DNA of 42,502 nt from Pseudomonadota bacterium (GTDB taxonomy: Bacteria > Bdellovibrionota_F > JAHFAK01 > JBDREC01): assembly GCA_043820105.1 (NCBI GenBank), contig JBDREC010000049.1, forward strand, positions 62,001 to 104,502. The letters are read 5' to 3'. A program made the translations under genes and the position numbers. Numbering within the stretch: position 1 is the stretch's first letter; each line of letters begins with the position of its first letter. The notes beneath the pieces were generated by a model. It was not told the DNA's origin. It saw nothing but the letters and a program-made list of their open reading frames with translations, and did no database searches. Shown in pieces: positions 8,645-16,963 of this stretch.

Positions 8645-10563
8645 TAGAGAGCAAACTTAAAGAACATTTCGGATTAAATAATTTTTTACAAGGTCAAAAA
8701 GAAGTAATTGAATTGATTGTAAAAGGTGAATCAGCTGGAGCGATATTTCCAACTGGAGCAGGTAAATCCTTGTGCTATCAATTGTCAGCAGTGCTTTTAC
8801 CAGGAATAACCTTGGTTGTTTCACCACTTTTATCCTTAATGAAAGATCAAATTGAATTTTTACAACGCAAGAATATTAAGGCAGCAAAACTTGACTCAAC
8901 ACTAACAAAGGAAGAGTATAATAAAGTTTTAAATGATGCTAAGACGGGTCAAATTAAAATATTAATTATATCTGTTGAGCGATTTAAAAATGAACGGTTT
9001 CGAATTCAACTTAAACAAATGCAAATTTCATTGTTGGTTGTGGATGAAGCTCATTGCATTTCAGAATGGGGACATAACTTTCGTCCAGATTATTTAAAGA
9101 TTCCATATTATAAATCAGAATATAACATTGAACAAATATTACTCTTAACAGCTACTGCTACACCAAAAGTAACGACTGATATGTGTGATAAATTTAAAAT
9201 CCCAATGGAACATATTGTTATAACAGGTTTTTATCGAGAAAATTTATTTCTAAAAGTTAGAGCTATAGATGCTGATGAAAAAGAAAGCTTAGTGCTAGAT
9301 ATAATTAGTAAAAATCCAGATGACTCGACAATTGTATATGTAACATTGCAAAAGACAGCTGAGGAAGTAGCACATTTTTTGATAAATCAGGGATATAAAG
9401 CTTTGCCATATCATGCAGGTATGGATAATGCAGAACGAGAATTAGTTCAAAATAAATTTATGGATGGAAGTGCTTCAATAATAGTAGCAACAATTGCATT
9501 TGGAATGGGAATAGATAAAAAAGATATAAGAAAAGTTGTTCATTATGATTTACCTAAGTCCATTGAAAACTATAGTCAAGAAATTGGTAGAGCTGGACGA
9601 GATGGCTTGCATGCCCAATGTGAAGTTTTAGCAAATTTAGATAATGTAACTGTTCTTGAAAATTTTATTTATGGGGATACTCCAGAAAAAGTATCTATTG
9701 AAAAATTTGTAAAAAAGATAAAAAACTGTGAATCAGATTTATTAGAAATAAAAGAATATTCATTATCTTATGAGCTTAATATTAGAATGCTTCCTCTTAA
9801 AACATTATTAGTTTATTTAGAAATAAAAAATATCATTAAATCTAAATTTACATATTTTGAAGATTATGAATTTAAATATTTAAAGGAATCTTCTGACATT
9901 GTTAAGGAATTTATTGGAGAAAGAAAAAGGTTTGTAAAAAACATCTTTGAGCATTCTGAAACAGCAAAAATATGGACAAAACCTGATTTTAATAAAATTA
10001 ATAAAAGTTATAAAGTAGACAGAGAAAGGATCATTAAAGCTCTTGAATATTTTGATGAAAAAGGATGGATTGAACTTAGAGCTAGAAAATCAGTTGATGT
10101 TTATGAGATTCTTAATAAAGGATTTGAGGTTTGCAAGTTAAGCAATAGTCTTTTTAATATATTCAAAGAAAAAGAAGAAAATGAAATAAATAGAATTTCT
10201 AATATGATTCAATTTTTTGAGTCAGATGCATGTTTAAGCAATTCTCTTTCGTTATACTTTGGTGAAACAATAAATAAAAGATGCAATCATTGTTCCTTCT
10301 GCGAAAATGGTAAGATTCGATTGCAATATTCTAGCGAATTGAAACCATTGTTAGATATTTATTTTAAAGATTTGATTCGTGATTTGTTAAAAGAAACGCA
10401 GAATTATAGTTTGTCAAATCTTACGATAACAAAGTTTTTATGTGGAATTAATACACCTTTTATTAGTAGAATGAAATTAAGTAAAATTAATGGATATGGA
10501 AGTTTGAAAAACTACCCATTCCTAGAGGTAAAGAGTTTAGTAGAGAAAGAATTCCATAGATAA
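8641..10563 (+). CDS. recQ: RecQ family ATP-dependent DNA helicase (no HRDC domain evident)
   Basis: PTGAGKSLCYQ, DEAHCISEWGHNFRPDY, ATIAFGMGIDK, QEIGRAGRDG, Zn-binding C..CNHCSFC; ATGA overlap with the ERCC4 gene. Confidence 0.93.
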   Translation: MIESKLKEHFGLNNFLQGQKEVIELIVKGESAGAIFPTGAGKSLCYQLSAVLLPGITLVVSPLLSLMKDQIEFLQRKNIKAAKLDSTLTKEEYNKVLNDAKTGQIKILIISVERFKNERFRIQLKQMQISLLVVDEAHCISEWGHNFRPDYLKIPYYKSEYNIEQILLLTATATPKVTTDMCDKFKIPMEHIVITGFYRENLFLKVRAIDADEKESLVLDIISKNPDDSTIVYVTLQKTAEEVAHFLINQGYKALPYHAGMDNAERELVQNKFMDGSASIIVATIAFGMGIDKKDIRKVVHYDLPKSIENYSQEIGRAGRDGLHAQCEVLANLDNVTVLENFIYGDTPEKVSIEKFVKKIKNCESDLLEIKEYSLSYELNIRMLPLKTLLVYLEIKNIIKSKFTYFEDYEFKYLKESSDIVKEFIGERKRFVKNIFEHSETAKIWTKPDFNKINKSYKVDRERIIKALEYFDEKGWIELRARKSVDVYEILNKGFEVCKLSNSLFNIFKEKEENEINRISNMIQFFESDACLSNSLSLYFGETINKRCNHCSFCENGKIRLQYSSELKPLLDIYFKDLIRDLLKETQNYSLSNLTITKFLCGINTPFISRMKLSKINGYGSLKNYPFLEVKSLVEKEFHR

Positions 10564-10600
10564 AAATTGCTATTGTGTTAATTAATTAAACAAGAAAGAA

Positions 10601-11359
10601 TTAATCAAATTTTTCTTGATCTTCGATTTCATCCTTTCCGTTTTTATCATAATCAATAATTTCAATTTTATCTGAATAATACCATTCAAACATGTCTCGT
10701 CTAAGCTTTGCCATACATGTTTGGCCTTGTTCTTTTCTTTTTAGATTGTAAAATATTACACCTTCAGCGAAAACTTTTTCGTCTAATCCTTTTTTTGATG
10801 CAATTTTTGTGAACAACCTTGAATGGAGCCAATCTTTAAACCATGAACTCCAATTATCAAAATTTCGTTCATGATCATGAAATGACTTGTATCGAAGATG
10901 GTTAATTGCTTTTTCAAATGGATACCATAAGTGTTGATCAAGTTTATACGGATTGCCTTGAACTTTTGGACCTATGAGTTCCCCTGCTTGTTCACCATTT
11001 AATTCTACATATCCTTTATCTATTGATTGAAAAATGCCCTCTATAATAAAAGTTTTGCCTTTCATTATTTGAAGTGGGTCAATAACATTAAGTCTGTTTT
11101 GACAAGCAATAAGTCTTCCATTTTCTGTTAGAATTTTAACATTTGTTCCATCAAGTTTTTCAACAGCAAAAGTGTCAGGATCTTCAAAAACCCATTCATA
11201 ACCAGGATTAATTTTGTTAACTGCTAGATAAACCTCTGGACTTCGAAGTTTTAATTGACTTCCATGTTTTTTTAAATGGTCTCTATTTACTTTAAATGTT
11301 TGCCGTATAAATGGGCATTGAAGTTTGGGAAAATCTGATAATCTTGCTTGTTGTTCCAT
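10601..11359 (-). CDS. RNA ligase family protein (RLIG1/DUF5565-like)
   Basis: EKLDGTN motif I, GELIGPKVQGNPY, EGVIF, MAKLRRDMF; ATG 11359 preceded by GGAGG. Confidence 0.75.
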   Translation of the reverse strand: MEQQARLSDFPKLQCPFIRQTFKVNRDHLKKHGSQLKLRSPEVYLAVNKINPGYEWVFEDPDTFAVEKLDGTNVKILTENGRLIACQNRLNVIDPLQIMKGKTFIIEGIFQSIDKGYVELNGEQAGELIGPKVQGNPYKLDQHLWYPFEKAINHLRYKSFHDHERNFDNWSSWFKDWLHSRLFTKIASKKGLDEKVFAEGVIFYNLKRKEQGQTCMAKLRRDMFEWYYSDKIEIIDYDKNGKDEIEDQEKFD

Positions 11360-11438
11360 GGTATTTAACCTCCAAACGATTAAGGTGCTAAAAAAATTAT
11401 ACATTATCAAGGTTTTTAAAATTTGCAACAAATCATAA

Positions 11439-11522
11439 AGAAAAGTTGTACCATCGTCATTAGAAAAGTTACCTTCGTCATAGAAAGTCTAGCATAGAAA
11501 GTCTCCTTCGTCATAGATGACA
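11439..11522 (+). mobile_element. Probable transposon end with 3-4 tandem ~20-bp transposase-binding repeats, ending TGACA
   Basis: AAAGTTGTACCATCGTCATTAGA, AAAGTTACCTTCGTCATAGA, AAGTCTAGCATAGA, AAGTCTCCTTCGTCATAGA then TGACA (5'-TGT on minus strand). Confidence 0.65.
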
Positions 11523-11648
11523 GATCTATGTTTAGGATAATATCTTTTTTTTAGTAAAACTAGTTCTGTTTATAAAAAACAAAATATGGTTATTTCAATT
11601 TTAGGATTCTAGGGGAAATGAGATTACATTTAGGATAATAGCTTTTAT

Positions 11649-12176
11649 TTAAAATTCTTCCTGATCATTTTCATCAAGAATTATTCTTCCCAGTTCATCT
11701 TTATGAACTTTGGTGATACCAGGATTGGTTTTTTCTATATCATCAAATAATTTATTTAATTTTTTCATACTATTGGTTAAAATTCTATTTTTTAAAATTA
11801 TCGTTTTATATTCTAAAGCTCGTTTAACAGCTATTCTTATTTCATCTTTTTCCCAAGGTTTAAGCATAAACATATATAAAACAGCCCTGTTAACGGCATC
11901 AACTGCCATTTGAAGGTCAGCGTTTCCTGTTAATAAAATGCTGGGAATATCTGGATAATTTTTTGATACAATTTCTAGAAAATCAATCCCTGACATTCAT
12001 GGCATTTTAAAATCTGAGATTATTAGATCTATCTTTGGGTTATTATCAATAATTTCTAAGGCTTTTTCACCACTTTCAGCTTTAATAATTGAATAATTCT
12101 CATCATTTAATGTTCTTTCTAAAGTTTTTAAAACATATTCTTCATCATCTACCAATAATATTTTATAATTTGGCAT
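11649..12176 (-). pseudogene. Receiver-domain response regulator with in-frame TGA
   Basis: ATG 12176 MPNYKILLVDDE...IISDFKMP*MSG; TGA at 11997-11999 replaces Gly of MPGMSG. Confidence 0.85.
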
Positions 12177-12190
12177 ATTTTTTCCTTTCT

Positions 12191-14224
12191 TTAAAGAGGT
12201 AATGTAATAGTAAAACTTGTTCCCTGACCTTCTTGGCTTTCTACAATTATTTCTCCACCATGCTTTTTAATAATTTCAAAACTTATACTCATACCAAGAC
12301 CTGTGCCTTTACCTGTTTCTTTCGTTGTGAAAAATGGTTCAAAAATTTTATCAATGTTTTCCTTTTTAATGCCTGATCCAGTGTCCTTAATTAAAATCAT
12401 TACATTCTTATTGTTTGCCCAGGTTTTAATATTAATTGTGCCTTTGTCTGTTATAGATTGAGATGCATTAACTAGAAGATTTAAAAAGACTTGGCCTAGT
12501 TGCTGAGGGTTGCAGTTAATATTTGGAAAATTGCCATAATCCTTTTTAAGTTCAGCTTTATATTTTATTTCGTTCCAACAGATTTTTAGAACGGATTCTA
12601 AGATGTCATTTATATTAGCTTCAGACATTATATTCTCATCTTTTCTTGAAAAAGTATTTAATTCTTTTATTATTTTAGAAATCCTTTCAACGCCTTCCAT
12701 AGACTCATTAATCATATCATCCAAATCTACTAGAATGTCTTTAAAATCAATTTTATGGTAATGTTTTATAATTTCTTCTTGAATTTTATCAATTTCTATT
12801 TTGTGTTTATTTTCAAATGAATCTTTTAATTCATTATATTTTAACATTATTTTAAAAATACTTTGTGTGTGTTCTTTTAAAATTGAAATATTATTTTTAA
12901 CAAATGCCAAGGGATTATTAATTTCATGGGCTACACCTGAAGCTAATTGTCCAATTGCTGCTAGTTTTTCAGATTGGAGCAGTTTTGACTGAGTCTCTTT
13001 TATTTTATCATCAGCCAACTTCTTCTTGATAGTTATTGCTAGAACATTTGATAAAGCATTAAGAAGATCAACTTCTCTTTTATTATATTCATGCCCCTCT
13101 TTAAGATAGAGATTTAAAACACCTAACACATCATCTTCTATTTTTATTGGCATACAATAATGGCCATGATTAACGATTCCATCATAAGTAATGTCATGAC
13201 TACTATCTAAATTGCTTCGATAAACCAGTTCTCTTGATTTAGCTGCTCTACCACACAAACAAGTACCAAAATCAACTTCTTTACATACAGTTAATAAAGC
13301 ATTGTTTAAATTAGATTGGGCAATCATTTTTAATTTGTTTTCATTTGGTTTTAAAAGAAAAATAGCACCTTTTTCTTCAACTGAAAACCAGTGTGTATTT
13401 ATTATTTTTTCAAGAATCTTTTGCAAAGTTTCCTTTAAAGAAAGAGTGTCAATTGAAATCAGGAGAATCTGATTTATTAGATCTCCAGCCAGATTGCTCC
13501 TTTCAAGGGTATCCTGTGTATCCTTGATATGAGTAACCATTGAATTAAAGGCTCCAGCTAACTCGCCAATCTCATCTTTCGATCTTATTTTTATCATATG
13601 ATCAAATTTACCCTGTCCAGTTTTTTTAACAGAGATTAACAATTCACGTAATGGATTTGTTATTGCACTTGAAAAAAAGAATGCAGCTATAATACCTAAA
13701 ATAAAAATCAAAGCCACAATAAGGATTAAAGTAGTTGTTAAATAAAAAATATTTTTATAAATATTTTCTTGAGAGAATCCAATGTGAATTTGCCCTAAAT
13801 TCCCATCAGATATTAATGCAATAATGTGAAGTGCTCTTTCATTATTAGCTAATATTTCTTGGCTATAAGGGGATTTTTTTTCTTTGTCGAATTGAATATT
13901 GCCCAAATCGGCAGGGAAACCATCAGTAAAAGTATGTGAAATAATTTTATCTTTTTCATTTTTAATAAAAATATATTCTATTTCAGGATCAGATTCTTTA
14001 ATATCAATAATATCCATTTTTAATTTAACGCGATTTTCTGTTAAAATTGGATTAACAACCATCTCGGATGCATGAGTAGTAATAAATTCGCATTTTTCTA
14101 AAAGTTCTATTTTATAATATTTAAGGAGAGTTGTGTGAACAAAAATGATCACTGCTGTTCCCAGGATTGTAACAAGCAATGCAGCCCCTAGTAGGATTTT
14201 TATTCTTAAATTAATATTTTTCAT
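12191..14224 (-). CDS. Sensor histidine kinase (2 TM, HAMP, GAF, HisKA, HATPase)
   Basis: DEIGELA HAMP, CLCG GAF, AHEINNP H-box, NLLVNA, DTGSG, FFTTK, GTGLG. Confidence 0.93.
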   Translation of the reverse strand: MKNINLRIKILLGAALLVTILGTAVIIFVHTTLLKYYKIELLEKCEFITTHASEMVVNPILTENRVKLKMDIIDIKESDPEIEYIFIKNEKDKIISHTFTDGFPADLGNIQFDKEKKSPYSQEILANNERALHIIALISDGNLGQIHIGFSQENIYKNIFYLTTTLILIVALIFILGIIAAFFFSSAITNPLRELLISVKKTGQGKFDHMIKIRSKDEIGELAGAFNSMVTHIKDTQDTLERSNLAGDLINQILLISIDTLSLKETLQKILEKIINTHWFSVEEKGAIFLLKPNENKLKMIAQSNLNNALLTVCKEVDFGTCLCGRAAKSRELVYRSNLDSSHDITYDGIVNHGHYCMPIKIEDDVLGVLNLYLKEGHEYNKREVDLLNALSNVLAITIKKKLADDKIKETQSKLLQSEKLAAIGQLASGVAHEINNPLAFVKNNISILKEHTQSIFKIMLKYNELKDSFENKHKIEIDKIQEEIIKHYHKIDFKDILVDLDDMINESMEGVERISKIIKELNTFSRKDENIMSEANINDILESVLKICWNEIKYKAELKKDYGNFPNINCNPQQLGQVFLNLLVNASQSITDKGTINIKTWANNKNVMILIKDTGSGIKKENIDKIFEPFFTTKETGKGTGLGMSISFEIIKKHGGEIIVESQEGQGTSFTITLPL

Positions 14225-14226
14225 AT

Positions 14227-15180
14227 CTAATGAGAACTTTCATTTTTTTGCATAATAAATGATTCCATTTCACGAATCGAATTGTAAGCTGAATCTTCAA
14301 TAATAACAAATTTATCAATAAGCATATTATCTAATATCTTTTTTCCATTTATATCGTTATGCATATTTAAAAATAAATCTTTTAACTTGTTTTTTAAGTT
14401 TTTATCAAAGTTTGGACGAATTATAACAGGTGGGATACCATATGGATCTGATTTTTTGATAATCCTTGTTTTTGATGTGTATTTAGGATCTTTCCGAGAA
14501 GCATATTCCCAAATAAGGCTATCTACAGCTGCAGCATCAATAATCCCTTCAGCTACAGCTTGAATCGATTTATCGTGAGCATAAGTATAGGTGAATTCTT
14601 TGAAATATGATTTTGGTGTCTGGCCCATTTTAGCCAACATATAAGTTGGAACTAATTTGCCCGTATTAGACATAGGATCGGTGAAGGCAAAACTTTTACC
14701 TTTAAGTTCACTAAAATTTTTTATCAGACTATTTTTATTAACTATTATATAAGAGTAATAAACAGTTTCTCCAAAAGCTTGGGGAGCAACAAGTAGCTCC
14801 ATCCCAAATTCGTCATGCCCGTCAACATATGGTTTTCCGCAGACAAATGCCAAATCAATTTGTTTATTTAAAACGAGATTATTAACATCCTTATAATTTT
14901 CTCTTTCTATAAGTTTTACAGGACGTTCAAGTTTTTCCCCGATATAATCCACCAACTGTCGATAAAACGCATATCCTTGTTTCGGTGTTATCATTGATCC
15001 AATGGCAATTTTAATCGGTTCTAATTTATTAAAAGGTTTGCTCTCTTGTTTTATGATTTCTCTTTTACTTAGGTCAATTTTCTTAACATTTTTATTTTTA
15101 TCACAATTTGTCAGTAATAAAATAAATAACATTAATTGAAAAATAAGATGCTTTTTATTTAGACTCATATTAATACCCAT
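14227..15180 (-). CDS. PhnD-fold oxyanion-binding lipoprotein, AioX/ArrT-like
   Basis: LTNC lipobox, DLAFVCGKPYV, FAFTDPMSNTG, AHDKSI; directly upstream of a kinase with no ABC permease or ATPase. Confidence 0.8.
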   Translation of the reverse strand: MGINMSLNKKHLIFQLMLFILLLTNCDKNKNVKKIDLSKREIIKQESKPFNKLEPIKIAIGSMITPKQGYAFYRQLVDYIGEKLERPVKLIERENYKDVNNLVLNKQIDLAFVCGKPYVDGHDEFGMELLVAPQAFGETVYYSYIIVNKNSLIKNFSELKGKSFAFTDPMSNTGKLVPTYMLAKMGQTPKSYFKEFTYTYAHDKSIQAVAEGIIDAAAVDSLIWEYASRKDPKYTSKTRIIKKSDPYGIPPVIIRPNFDKNLKNKLKDLFLNMHNDINGKKILDNMLIDKFVIIEDSAYNSIREMESFIMQKNESSH

Positions 15181-15209
15181 TTAATTTATTATTTAATAAA
15201 GTATAAATA

Positions 15210-15299
15210 TTATGAAATATTTAGATAATATTCAATCAATTTTGTGTTAATGTGAGGTTCACATCTTAAAAAGTTGCGAAACTTGTCCACGGAGTCACC
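15210..15299 (-). repeat. att-like scar 4, encodes GDSVDKFRNFLRCEPHINTKLIEYYLNIS*
   Basis: ACATCTTAAAAAGTTGCGA core; terminal TCCACGGAGTCACC matches tRNA-His end TCCCCTCACTCACC at 10 of 14 positions. Confidence 0.8.
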
Positions 15300-15367
15300 C
15301 TTGCTAGTCCAGTGGATTAAAAAAAAATATCCCCTTATCTAATACTAGCTAGGGGGATTATATTTTT

Positions 15368-16060
15368 TCAAATTAATCTAAATATATAAATAAGTGAATA
15401 ATAAATGCCTACTAAGATAAATACAATGCCTGTGATTTTTCTTGCCCAAATTTCAAACAAGGATATTTTATTAAAAATCTTACTGATTGATTTTGAACCA
15501 AAAGCTATTAATACTGCAAATACAATCACAGGAATGGAAGTGCCAATTCCATAAAATAGAGGCAGCAAAAGTCTTGAGTTTTCTTTAATAGCAAGGGGTA
15601 TTAAACCGCCAAAGAATAGTCCAGCTGATACGGGACAAAAGGATAGAGCGAATAAAATTCCAATAAAAAATGATCCTGATATTCCATGTTTTTTAATTTT
15701 ATTTTGGAAAGTGCTTGAGATATTTAATCCAGGAAGAGATAATTTTATTAATTCTAAAAGAATCATTCCAGCAATAATCAGAATAGGTCCTAAAAGCATA
15801 TTCATATATGTTTGTAAAAATTGGGCTAATTGTGAAGATGACATTATGGATGTAACAATTACGGTGCAAATTAAAATATAAGTAAGTGACCTGCCAATTG
15901 AATAGAAAATCCCAGAAAGAAGAACTATCAGTTGATTCTTAAAGTCTTTGCTTATGTATGTGATGGCTGCGATATTTGTGGCTAATGGGCATGGGCTTAT
16001 TGATGTTAAAATGCCAAGCCATAGAGCATAAAATATTGCAATATTTGTTAAAGTTGTCAT
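15368..16060 (-). CDS. arsG: ArsG-like membrane protein (CcdA/DsbD-type)
   Basis: SISPCPLATN and SFCPVSA Cys pair; gene context. Confidence 0.75.
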   Translation of the reverse strand: MTTLTNIAIFYALWLGILTSISPCPLATNIAAITYISKDFKNQLIVLLSGIFYSIGRSLTYILICTVIVTSIMSSSQLAQFLQTYMNMLLGPILIIAGMILLELIKLSLPGLNISSTFQNKIKKHGISGSFFIGILFALSFCPVSAGLFFGGLIPLAIKENSRLLLPLFYGIGTSIPVIVFAVLIAFGSKSISKIFNKISLFEIWARKITGIVFILVGIYYSLIYIFRLI

Positions 16061-16683
16061 TTAATTAAAAACTTTTCTGTTTCATTTTTAATGTATTTTA
16101 CAAACTCTTCTTTATTTCGTACAAACTCCCAAATGCGATCAAGATTTTCCCATTTAAGTTCTTTATCATCTTTCAATTTTGATAATACAAAAGATTTTGT
16201 ATTAAGTTTGTAATCTTGAATGAAGTGTTTGTTTTCAAGTTCATCTACATTTAATGTTGAAAATATGAGCTTTCCATCTGCTATATCTTTTGAAAAATAA
16301 GTTGTGATAGTTTCATTGATATACTTTTCCATTGTTTTGCAAGTTTTGCACCTAATTGTAGTGTGAAAGTAATATGCTTTAACGCCAGTAAAAGATATTT
16401 TATCTATCATTAGTTCATTTTTAGTTTCTTTGAAAGCTTCACTTGGGATCACTTTTACTTCTTTAGTTTCTTTGAAAGCTTCACTTTGGATGATTTTTAC
16501 TTCTTTAGTTTCTTTTAAAGCTTCACTTGGGATCATTTTTACTTCTTTAGTTTCTTTTAAGACTTCATTTGGGATCACTTTCACTTCAATTTCATTAGAT
16601 GTTCTTTCTTTTAAAATAATAAAGATCAGGCTAAGTCCAACAAAAAGAAGTAAAAATATTGTAATAATATTTTTAATAGTCAC
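16057..16683 (-). CDS. arsF: ArsF-like CxxC protein with a repeat linker
   Basis: YYFHTTIRCKTCKTME, N-terminal TM anchor. Confidence 0.72.
   Translation of the reverse strand: MTIKNIITIFLLLFVGLSLIFIILKERTSNEIEVKVIPNEVLKETKEVKMIPSEALKETKEVKIIQSEAFKETKEVKVIPSEAFKETKNELMIDKISFTGVKAYYFHTTIRCKTCKTMEKYINETITTYFSKDIADGKLIFSTLNVDELENKHFIQDYKLNTKSFVLSKLKDDKELKWENLDRIWEFVRNKEEFVKYIKNETEKFLIK
16420..16587. repeat. 4 x 42-bp in-frame tandem repeat inside arsF
   Basis: Unit TTTAGTTTCTTTGAAAGCTTCACTTGGGATCACTTTTACTTC, encoding EVKVIPSEAFKETK. Confidence 0.93.
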
Positions 16684-16705
16684 TTTTTCTCCTAGATTGA
16701 ATATT

Positions 16706-16939
16706 TTATTTTAATAATTCCTCAATTTCGCTAACAGTTAATACTTTTCCAGATGTTTTTATAACATCATTAATTGCTAAAGCAGGTGTTATCATTACAC
16801 CAAAATTTGTGATTTCAGTAATATCTTTTATCTTTATAATTTCATATTCTATTCCAATATTTTTGGCTGCTTCTTCAGCATTTTTAGCCAAATTCTCACA
16901 TTTTGAGCAACCTGTGCCTAGTATTTGTATTTTTTTCAT
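16706..16939 (-). CDS. arsE: Small thioredoxin-like protein (MTH895/ArsE family)
   Basis: ILGTGCSKC, GVMITPAL. Confidence 0.8.
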   Translation of the reverse strand: MKKIQILGTGCSKCENLAKNAEEAAKNIGIEYEIIKIKDITEITNFGVMITPALAINDVIKTSGKVLTVSEIEELLK

Positions 16940-16963
16940 TATGTTTTCCTTTCTTTAAAAATA

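Noticed and set aside
11441-11460. AAAAGTTGTACCATCGTCA as a fifth scar
   Set aside because: Spacing differs by 1 nt, there is no RCCY edge or matching stop, and it belongs to the transposon-end repeats.
11439-11522. Possible mini CRISPR array
   Set aside because: Repeats abut without unique spacers and there are no cas genes; a transposon end fits better.
11997-11999. In-frame TGA at a conserved Gly, suggesting TGA=Gly recoding (genetic code 25)
   Set aside because: Many long ORFs have no internal TGA and several genes end in TGA (8644, 15368); a single GGA-to-TGA change or sequencing error is simpler.
1732-15299. Scars as classical integron attC sites
   Set aside because: No RYYYAAC/GTTRRRY boxes or long imperfect palindrome, no intI, and cassettes are multi-gene with their own promoters.
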